DNA of 64,000 bases, from positions 14,054,387-14,118,386 of the forward strand of contig CP154954.1 of assembly GCA_039621445.1 (NCBI GenBank), written 5' to 3'. Below are positions 1 through 11,842 of this stretch, one piece after another. Source of the stretch: Euglena gracilis (taxonomy: Eukaryota). Numbering within the stretch: position 1 is the first letter of the stretch; each line of letters begins with the position of its first letter. The notes beneath the pieces were generated by a model. That model did no database searches, was not told where the DNA came from, and saw only the letters and a program-made list of their open reading frames with translations. The position numbers were made by a program, and so were the translations under genes.

Positions 1-2362
1 TCCGAAATTTGCTTTTTTTGCATTTTTTTTGCATTTTTTTGCAATAAATTTTTTTTGCATTTTTAAAATATTTTACCTTGGACAATTTTTTGTAGTTGGT
101 CGCCATGTCATGTTTGGTCCCTCTGCAGTTGCCTGGGGTCTTTGGTACTTTCACCCTAGTAAAAGGCCGCCACTTTAATGATGTTGATGGTGACCTGGAG
201 GGACGATTTGCTTTGCCTGAACGTGCAGGTGCCATTCGTGTTGATTTTCAAAGCTTCAGTGCTTGCCGTTGTCTTCCAGGAGGTCTTCTTTGTGAATCAT
301 TGGCAGGTACACCGGCATTGTCACATGTTCACGGATTTTAGGCAGCAAACCTCTGTTATATTCCAGCCTTTTCTCAGGGGTTTAATGCAAGTTGCATTTT
401 TCTGCATTTTTTTGCATTTTTTTACTTGCATAATTTGAAGGGCCAAGTTGCATATCCCCCCCTGTTTTAACTGAGTTTTCAATTTCTTAAAATAGAAATG
501 CTTTTCACACCAAATTGCTTTTCAGAGAAGTGGTTAATTAATTTATCAATGTTTTTGAGTACTGCTCAGATGTTTACAAGGGTGGGGGCCAGAACGATTG
601 GCCCATTAATTTTGCAGTGGGCAAAGTTGTTTGGGGTACTGAAATGACCCCTCCCAATTAGAAGCCCCCAGGAGTTATTGTTCGGTCAGTCTGCGGAAAA
701 CCCGAGGGGGGCTTCTAATGGGGCACCCTTGTGTGGGGCCCAAAAAACTTTCGGCGCTTCGCGTCGGGTGTAAAAAGTCAGGCTTTTTGGGCTTGTGTTG
801 ACGTGGAAATAATTCCTTTTTATGCGCACACTCTCGGGTCCCCTGCCAGAGTTCCTCGAAGATTTCACTCTTTTTGATGCCCCCAAAGAATCCGATCCAC
901 CTGCATTTGTGTGCTTGTGGTTGGCCAGCGCCTTGAATACGTACAGCTGCTTGGGGGAGGGGGGCTGTTATTTGGATTTTTGGCGGCGGGAAACCCGAGG
1001 GGGGGGGGGCTTCTATTTGGGGGGGTTCAACCCCCTTGTCCAATTAATTTTGCACCGTTTTGGCCTGTTTTTGACTCAGCCGTTTTTGGGTCATTTCGGG
1101 GTCAAAAATACACAAAAAAATAATACAAAAAAAATTCAAAATGTCTCCCAAATTACGGCCTATCAAAGGAAATCACTGTGTACTTGTGTAATTCTTAGCT
1201 GTAGAGGCTGCCAGGTCTACGTTCAGCTGCACGCCTACCTCCTGATATGGCCCCTTTTGGATTGTTTTGGTCTCCCAGTAAGATGGTCATTAAAACAGCC
1301 ACTGTTCGTCTCAGACTGGGGGGGCACCTATGGCGTCAATTATTGACCATGGGTTGGGGTATAGGGCCATTTTAGGCTGTTTTTGGTCCTGTTGGCTAAC
1401 TCATCACTTTAACCAGTTTGGGCATTTTGGCAATTTCCGACAACTTTTGGGCCATTTTTGGCGTTGTTGGTCATTTCTAAGGGCACTTGTGGCAATTTTT
1501 AGCCAAATTATTGCAACCTTTCGTTGTTTGTCGCAACCCTTCAGAATGCTGAGCCACGTTTTGCATTATCATCAGCCATTCTGGGTATTTTTTAACCTTT
1601 TTGGGGGGGCCCCATCGGACTGTTGCTTACCAATTACCAATGTTTGCCGTTTGGAGAATTTTTGTTTTGATTGATTTTTTTTGCGCTAACCACCACATCC
1701 TGATTTTCACGAAAGCATATCCTTTTGCACGCTTTCCTTTGCGGGGAGAGGGGGCAAAGTGGACGGTTACTTTTCGGCATTCTCCCTGGCAAAGATATTT
1801 GTGCCTGAAAACTTTAACCCCCCCCTCCAAAATGACCCCAAAACCCAGGACCCCAAAAGAAGGCATGTACTCATTTTGGGCGGGATTTTTTTTAGGGCAC
1901 CTTAAAGTCAGGTTGGTGGGTCATTTTTCAAAAAGCACCAACACACCGGGCGTGCCGAACCCATGGCCCAGGGCTGTGCGGGAAGCCCCGAAATCATATG
2001 TGTGCTCCGGCCCCCACCGCCAGGCCTTCCCGTGATTCCAGAGGCGCCGATTTTTCAGTCAAAATGGAACCAAAGCAGTTTTCTTTGTGCGGTTGCTGTG
2101 GTTGTGGGGGGTCGACCACCCCCAGGGTATTAAGTGAGCGTTGGTTTTGAACAGGGGGGAGGGGAGGGCCCCCCCCCTCCCCCCTAGGGGAGGGGGGTCC
2201 AGTCCACCCCCCCCAGGGTCGAGAGGGGTCCCGGGGACCCCCATGGAACCAATAGTTTTTCCTTCTCTAGCGCTTCGTGCCACAGCCTTGTGGGTTTCCC
2301 ATCTGTTCCCATCTGTTTTTGTCGATTTGCTCGGGGAAAATATCGCCAAAAACACCATTTCC

Positions 2363-5300
2363 CTTAGGCGGCCAATTAGGACAGTATTTTTTTGCCACTA
2401 GTGGCATGGGATTACGCTATGCTGTGCAGGTGCCTTTTTCAGGCATGTGCATTTTGCAGCTGTTAGGTTTCACAGGGAATCCCCTTTTCTACTGCTCTTG
2501 TGAAGTTGTCCTCTTTGGTGGCGCCCTGAGGCTTGCCTGCTGTTTCTCTGCCTCGTGTTCGTTTGTTGAAGGTATGTCTGTGGTGAAGTAGTTCTAGTTT
2601 TTGTTTTGATTTGGTTTGCTGGTGTGCAGAAATTGTGGTGTTTTCTTATACATTCTGTTGTTTTTGTTTGGAACATTATCCACGTGTGAACTTTCGTGGC
2701 CAATTTCCTCGTTCCCGATGCAACACTTCCTTTTGTCCTCTTTTACCACTAGCAATGGATGCATTGCCCGTGATTTGCTTGCAACGGATGCCTTGTTTGT
2801 GAACGCCACTAGATCTGATGGGGGTTGTTGTGGGTGATCGATATCTTTTTGCATGTGTGGGGAAGGTGTTGCTTTTTGAATGAGGTGTGTCGCATTTCAC
2901 CTGCTTCCAGTTCTGTTTAGTGCTTTTGAAAGGGAGTTTTAGCATAATTGAGCTCCTGTTGAAGCATGAATTACTGTTTTATGCCACTGGTGGCATAAAA
3001 CAGCGAAAAGGATGTTCAAATGCGTCTTTTTTGAGACTCCTCTTTTTTGTACTCGGTGGATGCTCTTATTAAATTTAGACGGCTGAAAACACTGATTTTT
3101 GGCGATCAGATGATCGTTTTTGCCACCAGTGTCAACAGACGCCCTGAACCTCTTGTGGCGTGTCTAATTCTATTTTTCTGCCATTGGTGTCATAAAAAGG
3201 GAGTGTGCTCTGAAATGACGTGCATCTTTGTGTATGCCCGGATTCGTTTGAATGAAGGGCAGCGATGTGTGGTTTCCTTGTTCGGGGTGCATTCATCTTT
3301 GCACGTACCTTGGAGGTGTGATTCAAAACAAAAAACCCTTTGCAAGGGCCAAGTTGGTTCCTGTTCTTCTTCTGCGTGGCTTTCCAAGCCCAAGTTTTCC
3401 ATCATGACCGGCAACCCCGCCTCCGGCTGAACGGTGCTTCTCAACACCAGGCTTCCAGATTCTCTGATCTGAGTATGTGTTTTGCAGTTCATATGGTTGG
3501 TCCCTTCTGTTGCGTCTGTCGCTTTTGTTGGGTTGTGTGGATGGTCTGTTTCCCCCTGTTCACCGTAAACAGAAGCCATAATGGCGAAAGCCCTTGTAGC
3601 ACCCGATGCTAGTGGTCTGATGAACGATGGCTTTGAAATGGTGAGCGGTGACTGCACAGAGGCAGCAAGGCGTGGAGAGACGTTGGGTAAAACCATTGCA
3701 AGATGCACCTGGCAAAGCGTTGACGACACGATCCAAACAGCTCTGGATTGGCACTCCCCGGCATTTCAGTATTTCACCCTCGTTGACCGCTTTTGTGTGA
3801 AAATTTCAGAAGGAGGAAGCGTTGCAGCGGTTGGAATTTGAGCTGCAGAATGCAGCTTCAAGGGTTTCACGTGAACGCCGCCGAGCAGATTCTCCGGACT
3901 CATCATGATAAGGGCCAATGCCATTCCATGTGCAAGGCATTGTTCATGTTGACCATGTGTGGGGGATGTTGTTGATTTGTATTTTCTTTCAATCCTCCAG
4001 GAGGTTGATACTGAAGGAAAACGTCGTTGAGGCTCTTTTTGACTTTTTTTTGAATTGTTTTTGGTCGACTTGGTTGAGCAAATACTGTCCCTGGCTGCCC
4101 GCCTCTGCCAAAATGTAAGTTTCCTGCTTCTCTTTCATGACCAGCTGCCCAAAATGACCACTCATTATTATGTCCCAGACCTGCATCTTGATGAAGAGTC
4201 CTCTGAAGGTGGTGCTGACCATGCTGAACACGCTGAGCTTTGCGCAAGGGGTGACATGCATGTCAATCACCCTGAAATTGATGATGGAATGGTTCAACCT
4301 CCTCCCACAAGAAAGCAAAACCTGCAGTGGACGTGCAAAGTGTTCAAAGGGCAGATTTTGACGAGGTGAAGGAGATGACAAAGACCGAGGCTGTTCAGTG
4401 GGCAAGCACAAAGGAAACTGCAATGTGGTTCTCGGCGATGGGGAAGGGAGTGAACTTTGAGAAGCTCGCCTGGGACACGACGTGCTTCTTTGGTCAGGGC
4501 TATGCCATCGACGACAACCATTTTGAGAGGCTTGTTGCCAATTTCAAGCTGCGTCCACCCCCGCGGCCGATCGAAGTCACCATTTGGGAGAATGAGGGTG
4601 ATAAGAAGATGTACATCCTGGCAAAGCATTTCAGCGAAAGTTGTACAACAAATCAAGAACGAGCGTTTCCTGCTTGGATTGCCATTGGAGAGGTAACAGA
4701 AGGTCGTCATTGCGGATGTGCTAAATTACAACACGCCCTGTCCATCCGGAGGAAGGTGAGCGGTGCAGACAACGCTATTGTGGTCCTTCAAAGGGTGACC
4801 ACCATATTGGAGTGCATGACTATTTTCTTGAATGACAAAGACGTCGATTTCAGGTCAAGGCTAGCACGAGCAGTAAAGGGCGCTGGGCTGGTGACAGACA
4901 GGAATAACCCGTGGAACAACATTTGACGATGGGAACCTCTGGCGTCAATGATCACCTTCTGGGGTGTTTGAGCCCTGGAGGCATTGAAGAAGTTCGAGAA
5001 TAGCTTGAGCTCCACTCGCTGAAGAACCTGGCGATGGTGATTGTCCCCGCATACCTAGAGGATGCCATCACCGCCATGACAGCCAAGAAGGCCAACATCA
5101 GGACCGCGAACAATGCTCTGAACCGCAGTTTATTATGTGGAAGCTGGCATGTATTGACCTTCCTGTGCATGCAGAACGGCGCAATCCCAGCCTGGTTTGG
5201 TCATTGCAATGGTGTTGAAACAACGTTGTTCACATATTTTATTTGCTTTTTGAGTGAGGGTTCTGCTTCACAATAGGATAAGGGCGAGTTGTATATATAG

Positions 5301-6110
5301 GTTCATGTAATGTGGATCACCTGGTTTCCGTTCAATTGTGTCAATTTATGACACCAGTGTCATAAAATTCAATTTAGAGCCTCATGTTGCATGCGGTTTT
5401 TTTGGCACACTACATCTTGAAACATGTTCTTCATTCGAGTGTCAATTTATGCCACTAGTGGCAGAAGTTGACAGTATTTAGAGTACATGATTGAGAAATG
5501 TGATTGTTTGGAATGCCATATGAAAGGGGATAGATGGTGGGGCACTCTGTTCAAATCTGTGAGGGTCTCAGTTTTCATTGTAGACGTGCTTTCATGACCA
5601 TAGCAGTTGCTGCTGAAGTCAAGCGCCTCATGACCTTGGTTTTTGCACGGTTCAGAATGACCATGCAGGCATGCATAAATGGGGGAACGCATTTTGGAGA
5701 GCAATCAGAGCCTTGTGAAGAAACAACAGTGCAAGCACTCCCCATAACTATGCACCCTCCCCGCTTTTTGGTTCTTCCGTTCTATCACAAACTTCCAACC
5801 CCCTCCGAGTGTCGGCTGCGGCACATTGCTGCCGGTGCAGATGATAAAGGTACACTCCCGTCCATGGAAACAGAGCGAATAGTGGCTTTTGACCTGTAAT
5901 TTCCCTTCCTGGGTTTATTTTTTGAGGCCTGGTGCAAGATGCACACCTGTGTGTAAAATCCCATTTCATGGGGAAAATGATACCCACACAGAAGGGTGCA
6001 ACAAGGACAAAGACACGAAGTATCTCACGAGCATCGTCCACAGAGCACTTGTGAGTCAAAAACTTTATGCCACTAGTGGCATAAATTTTTGTCCTAATTG
6101 GCCACCTAAG
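2363..6110. mobile_element. Unclassified TIR DNA transposon, ~3.75 kb, 5-bp TSD
   Basis: Left end cttaggcggccaattaggacagtatttttttgccactagtggcat matches the reverse complement of the right end (cttaggtggccaattaggacaaaaatttatgccactagtggcat). tttcc is duplicated at 2358-2362 and 6111-6115. Internal palindromic repeats and a decayed coding region are present. Confidence 0.85.
3581..5160 (+). pseudogene. Decayed coding region inside the TIR element (possible transposase or accessory protein; HCGCxxxxH SWIM-like motif)
   Basis: Protein-like segments at 3581-3841, ~3980-4114 (followed by a gtaagt donor), 4327-4926 and 5034-5160, broken by TGA stops and frameshifts. I did not recognise a DDE triad. 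Confidence 0.45.
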
Positions 6111-6332
6111 TTTCCGCGCGGATTTTTCTTTACCTCAAAAAGGGGAGGGGGCGTCGACCCCCCCCCTTTCCACCCCCTCCCTGGGCGGAGAGGGGGTTCC
6201 AGACCACCCCCCCACCCCTTTTTTCCCTCTCATCTAATACCCTGCCCCCCCCCCCAGGTGAGGGGGCAACCTCCCCCCCCCCAGGCCTTCCTGTACAGCC
6301 TTGCCATATGGCCCGCCGGGCGGCGCAGGGCC

Positions 6333-9300
6333 GACCTCATCACGAAGCACCAGGCGGAGCCGTACCGCGTGTTCACGTCTCGGTCGGAGCACCGGCTGCT
6401 GCTGCGGTCCGACAACGCGGACCAGCGGCTCACCCCCACCGGGTGTGTCGGAGTACCCAAAACACCCTCTTTGGCTGTTTTTTTTTTGTTTGCAACCAGG
6501 GAGGCATGACCCCCCCCCTTAAGGGGCAGGCACCTAGGGTTGTTAGGGGCAAATTCAGGACGCTTCTACTGGAACTTCCGAGTAAACATGTGGGTAGCCC
6601 CTCCCCCCCCCCCCCCGGCGCCTGAAGTGAGCCACACTTGCAAACCTGGCTTTTTTGGGATTGGCCTACCCACTGCACTGGTCAACTTGACTGAAGCCAA
6701 TTTTCGGGGAGGGGCACTACCAAGATAATGGGTAATTATTGATTGTGTTTTTTTTGGAGATTACACCATTTTTGTCCTCAGCAGTCGATCTGGGGTCTCA
6801 CACTCAACCATACACCCTAAGCAGGCATCCCATTCCCCCGGAACATTCACACCTGACCCGCCCTGTTCAGTTGCATCATCCAAATGACGGAGTCGCCCGT
6901 TGGATCGCTGCCCTCCCGGCCCAGGTACGAGTATGGCCTCGTTGCTGAACGGCAGTGGCAGGAGTTCCAGGCGAAGTGCGCCCGACCCAGCCCCCCGCCG
7001 GTGTCCCCCCCATGGCTAAAGGAGACCGGGTCCACAACCCATTTGTGCAGCGCGTGGGCGAACGCAAAATGCATCGGCAACGCAGCTTCTTGTATGGCCC
7101 CTGACAGGAATGAAAACTCGGCCTTCCGGTGTTTAGAGGAGGCTCGCATTCAGGGGACATACTCGGGTGCTGTGCGGACCCACTGGAATTGCATGAACTG
7201 CCTGGACTGCGTGCCTGTGAGCGTTCCGTTGCTTGGCCGGCTGAGGCGAGGACGGAGGGCTGCCCACAATGGAGAAGGAGAAAGCGCGCCTGGGGACGGT
7301 GCGGGTGGATCCCAATCGTGCGGCATTGTGTTTTGGTCCATCGTTGTGGTTGCTTTATTTCATTTCATTTATTTTATTTTATTTTGAAATGTTTTTGCAT
7401 GGATTTCGTTGCAGCTGCCATTTCTGTTGCCTTCTCGACGCCTTGGAGACTGCGGCACGGCCTCGGCACACCGCTGGGGCAGGCATTGGTCGTCGAGAGC
7501 GGGCAGGAGATGAAGTTGGCAATGTCCCTTGAGCACACCGTGGCCGACCAGTTGAAGCTGTTTGGAACCTCCATAACTCCCCCTCAAGTATAAGGCCCAC
7601 CCAATTATGTATGCCCATTAGACCACAGACGGGGCTTCATGTTTGGGCCCATAAAAATTAAAAAATATATACAAATACAGACATATATAGAAAAATTTTC
7701 AAACCTTCAAATAACGACCAATTTTATTCCAAAACGATGTCTGTGCCTCCCAGATTTCCCCAAAGTGCCTTTTTTGCCCAAGATGAACTATTTCTGAGAA
7801 ACGGTAAAATACTCCCAAAATTTTCCTTCGTGCAAAGTATCTGATGATCTTTGTTTTAGAAACAAAAAAATGTGCATGTGAGAGGGCACTCATTGTCCTG
7901 CCTTTTTTAAGGTGCACAATGTCCTGCCCCTGTGTAGGGCATGCAAGGCGGAGAAGACATTTTCAACCCACGCTCACCCCCCACCCTCCCCCCAGGGGGG
8001 CTGGGGTCGTGTAGAGGGGGGGGGCATGAAAGCCCCGTACGCCTTGCAACATGGTGAACATTCCCTGAGTGTTGGGCGATTCTGAGCGTTGCAGCCCTGC
8101 CCCAGCCACAGTGTGGGGTCGAGGGGATCCTCCGCCGGCCACACGTGCAATACAGCCTGTTGGAAGCCAGGGCACGCAGCCGTGCCAGCGCTTTGAAAAG
8201 CAATATTGGGCAGCGCTCCCATGCTGTCTTTTGAAATTTAGCAAACACATGCATTTCTGTAAATGTTCTTGGGATTGTTGAGAAAAATTTGCCTCTTCGG
8301 AATTTATTTCCCAGAATTATATGACCCAACAATATGTATGAGGAAGACGCAGAGATGGAAGGGGGGGGCTGTTCCCCACCCCCTGGACCATATCTGCCCT
8401 TCTTGCAGGGTCCGGCCCCGCCTGGGGTTGGTACTTGGGGTCGGTTGGTTCTTGGCGTTTTTGACAAAATTTTACCCCAAAAAATCCCCAAACGTGACAT
8501 TTCTAGCAATTTTTGGGGGCAAAATTTTTCTGTCACCCAGACACCACTCCTTCTGCCCCCCACACATGCACACACACACACACACATGAACACATGCACC
8601 CACAGACAAGCACACACATTTGCATGCACGCACGCAAGTACACACCCGTGCAGACTCACACACACTCCCTCACACTCACACACAGACGCACGACACACAA
8701 CCACGCATGCGCAGTACAAAGCCACCCACCACACCACACGCGTGCGCGCGCACCAACCCGCGGGTCTCAACCCTGTCGCCGGCCCACGGCTACGGGGCAC
8801 CTCCCGAGGCCGACCTGCAGGCGGAGGAGAAGGACTCCGTGGAGGTGGACATCAAGTACGAGGGCTTCATCCGCCGGGCGCAGCTGCAGGCGGAACGGGT
8901 GGCAGCGTCGATGGGGATGAAGCCACGCCCGCTCCTGAAGACAAGGGGGGTGAATGCCTGTCGCATTTTTTTCCGCGTGTGCATTTTTTGCACATTTTTT
9001 TTTCTTCCAAAAATGTGCAAACATGCATTTTGTGCATTTTCGCATTTTTTTGCAGTTTTGTCCGGTTTTTTTTTGCCGTTTTGGCACATTTTTTTTGTGA
9101 TTTTTACATTTACACATTTTTTTGCACTTTCTGACCATTTTCGCAATTTTTTTTCCAATTTCTTGAATGGTTTGATTTTTTTTTGAAACCGACATTTTCT
9201 TCAAAATTCCATACAATTATAGAAATCCGGCACCATTTTTGCATATTTTTGGGGGCATTTTTTGCATTTTTCGTAATTTTGGTGCATTTTCTCTAAAATT

Positions 9301-10253
9301 TCGAGCATTTCTGTGCAGTTTTTTCCAAAAACATGTACATTTTTTTTTGCGCATTATTGAGCATTCTTGCGCAATTTCCCCAACACCTGCCACCTTTTTC
9401 CCAAAAAAGAATTGTTCCGATGCGAGATTTAACAAATCTGCCTCAAGTCCCACCCAACGCCCTGCGCTCGGCGTTCTTCTGCCCCCCCCCCCCCAGCGGG
9501 GGAGGCGTGCCAGCAATTGCCCGCCGACCTGGACTACGCCGCCATCCACACCATCTCCTTCATCGGCCGCGAGAAGCTGCGCGAGGTCCGCCCGGAGACC
9601 CTGGCCCAGGCCAGCCGCATCCCCGGCGTGACGAGCGCCGACGTGGCGGCCCTCCGCCCAGCGGCCCTTGCCCGAGACCCATCGGCAACGGTGGCGCCAC
9701 GCCCCGCGGCTGTTTAGGAATTGGGAATTAGGAATTGGGAATTTTGGGAATTGGGAATTGGGAATTAGAAATTGGGAATTGGAAATTAGGAATTAGGAAT
9801 CGGATCCCCCATCTGGGTTGGGGGGGTTCCACCACACCCCCACCTTCCAGCTGCAGGGTATACCCTCCCAACCTTCCCATGCACCCTCCCACAAGGCCCA
9901 GGCTTGGCAGGGCACCCACCGCAGTTATTTGGTGTTAATGGTAAATGGTAATGGTCAATCACGGGTTGGGGGGATGAGTTCCAGTGCCCTGTGCTGGTTT
10001 CCACCAGTTTCCACCGCCGGCAGATTCTGCAAAAACATTTGGAAAAGAACTGTGTCGTGATAAACTGAACCAGAAAGCTCACCTTGAAGAACCGTGGTGA
10101 CATGGGTTGTGTTGTGCAAATTCCGACCCAATCAAACCCCAAAACGGAAAGGAAACTGCCACTGCGTGTGCCCATGTGGGCAGCCGCTGCCAGCGGCTGC
10201 ACCTCGACCTGCGGCGCAAGCGCTCCGAGGCCGCGGCCGCGGCACCTGTGTGA
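6333..10253 (+). CDS. mnmG: tRNA uridine-34 carboxymethylaminomethyl modification enzyme MnmG/GidA (MTO1 family), 3' part. Exons ~6333-6442, 6925-6984, 7268-7313, 7465-7530, 8121-8164, 8781-8920, 9515-9655, 10195-10253
   Basis: The spliced translation [114 protein letters not shown]...[13 protein letters not shown]...[66 protein letters not shown] matches the GidA C-terminal motifs (EPYRMFTSRAEYRLLLRxDNADxRLT; IKYxGY; RPxTLGQASRIxGV). All 7 junctions keep frame. Upstream exons were not found, and the first exon start is approximate. Confidence 0.95.
6443..6924 (+). other. Conventional GT-AG intron of mnmG
   Basis: gg|gtgtgt ... cccag|g restores a Gly codon in LTPTGYEYGLV. Confidence 0.85.
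6985..7267 (+). other. Euglenid nonconventional intron
   Basis: Starts accCAGccccccgcc and ends gacggaggg-CTG-cccac. The ends pair, and removal restores AR|MEKEK. Confidence 0.9.
7314..7464 (+). other. Nonconventional intron (CGT/ACG variant)
   Basis: aatCGTgcggca ... tgcggcACGgcctc; in-frame junction DP|GTPLG. Confidence 0.7.
7531..8120 (+). other. Nonconventional intron (CAC/GTG variant)
   Basis: gagCACaccgtggc pairs with gccacagtGTGgggtc; in-frame junction SL|EGILRRP. Confidence 0.85.
8165..8780 (+). other. Nonconventional intron
   Basis: agcCAGgg ... ccCTGtcgcc; in-frame junction LLE|AHGYG. Confidence 0.85.
8921..9514 (+). other. Nonconventional intron (CAC/GTG variant)
   Basis: agcCACgccc ... 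aggcGTGccagc; in-frame junction MK|LPADLDY. Confidence 0.85.
9656..10194 (+). other. Nonconventional intron
   Basis: gccCAGcggc ... gccgCTGccagc; in-frame junction AALR|LHLDL. Confidence 0.85.
9715..9800. repeat. 7-bp tandem repeat (GGAATTG/GGAATTA)
   Basis: Directly visible array. Confidence 0.9.
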
Positions 10254-10330
10254 CGCATGTGACACGTGTGACATATGTGGCACGTGTGACACGTGTGACA
10301 CATGTGGCACGTGTGACGCGTGCGACACCG
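10247..10330. repeat. 9-bp TGTGACACG-like tandem repeat overlapping the mnmG stop codon and 3' UTR
   Basis: About 9 degenerate copies. Confidence 0.85.
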
Positions 10331-11842
10331 ATAATGCGCCCCGCCCTCCCTGCGAAAACCCCTGGAGAGGACGAGGGCCCCCGCTATGGGATCCTCCTCT
10401 GCACACATTGGAACCTTCTGACTGCGCGTTGCTGATCCAGTTCAATTTAATTTGCGGAGGTTCATGTGTCCTTGCAGCAAATGGCGGGAGGGCGTCCAAA
10501 TGGGGGGAGAGTGTGCCCCAACCTATTGAAATTGACGTGTGAGTGTGGTATCAGCCCTCCGCCCCCCCCCCCCTCTCGACCTGAAGTCTAAACAGGCTGA
10601 ATTCAAGGCGAGGCCGGCCCACCCGGGGAGCCTGGGCAGGCACTCCAAGGCACCCGGATCCGACCCCCGGGGGGTTGGGCAATTGTCCAAAAGTATCCAC
10701 ATTTGACTGATGGGGACTTCTCGTTCCGAAGGCGGTGGAGGCCTAGAACAGCCCATTTTTGGACACTTTTTTGGCCCACAACTAGGCAAGCACCGAACCC
10801 CCTCAGGGGTAGTGCCTGCCTGCCTACTCACTCCGAGACCCCGCTTCCCCGGGATTGGTCAAGTTCAACCATAATTAATGCCGCAGACCGCCTAACAAGT
10901 TTATTTTATTATTTTAAGCTTATTTGTTGTTATTTACTTGAAATGGCTTCTTTCCATCACAATGGCTTGCGACGACAGCAGGTCCCCTGACTCTGTCACC
11001 GGGTGGTTTTTTCTTCATGTGCTATACACAAAACTGTAGAGATTTTGTTTTTGAAACGCTGGCTTGTCCTTGAAGGCGACGCAGAAAAACAAAGGAAAAG
11101 GCATTCGGGAAACGGAAAAGCGCTAATTGCCCCTCCAACAAAGCTGAACAGGAAATTATGGGGGTGGATGGCAGCATTTCTGATGATGGGATGCTGGGAT
11201 GGGAGATGTTGAGGAATGCTGGGTGATGCTGGCATATTTTTTACACACTGTGAAGATTTAAGGTCGTATTTAAGCTCGTATTTAAGCTCGTATTTAAGCT
11301 CGCATTTTGGATAAACGAGCAATCATTCCCCAAATCCCCCAAATCTCGCTGTTGCACTCCCCCTCGCTGCGCCCGTCCCACAGCGTCACGTGCCCGACTC
11401 CCCGGTCAGGGGTGGGCGGGCCATGTTCTGCTGCCCGTGCTGGCGGTGGCCACGGGTGGAGGAGCGCCGGGGCCGGCGGCCGCTTGCAGGGCGGTCCTCA
11501 ACAGCCGGGAAGGTTTTTTTTTGCGTTAAAGACCGCCCTGACGGGCTTCAACTTTTGGTTTAACTTTAATTCAGATTTGAAGTCAAACTTAACTTTGAAT
11601 TTGAATTTGAAATTAAAAGTTTATTTTTAATTTCATTTAAGGCAAAGAATTCTCCACGGTTTGGGTGGATGTGTGGGTCCAAGGATGCCAGATATAATTT
11701 TTTCCCCCGGACTCGACCTATTAAAGGCCATGTTTTCGGCGACTTTCCCCAACGGATATTTCATTGAAGGTGTTGGGACTGCGTATTATTTTTTGCTTAA
11801 CGACCGCCCTGACGGCGGGTGGAGGAGCGGCCGCTGGTGCCG

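Larger units (their letters stand above)
2123..6244. mobile_element. hAT-like MITE (CAGGGTATTA...TAATACCCTG) interrupted by a nested 3.75-kb transposon
   Basis: 10-bp inverted termini at 2123-2132 and 6235-6244. Flanks accacccc / cccccccc form a degenerate 8-bp TSD. The G/C-run-rich body resembles other MITEs in the window. Confidence 0.6.

Noticed and set aside
2243-2265. MEPIVFP resembling the GidA segment upstream of DDL
   Set aside because: It lies inside a MITE and is not followed by the expected RxxxYIG motif.
2391-6085. Palindromic repeats as a CRISPR or REP array
   Set aside because: Spacing is irregular, and the copies are explained as terminal and subterminal motifs of a TIR element.
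7318-7414. Alternative GT-AG intron in mnmG
   Set aside because: It keeps frame but inserts ~18 residues unlike GidA; the paired-end intron 7314-7464 fits better. Not fully excluded.
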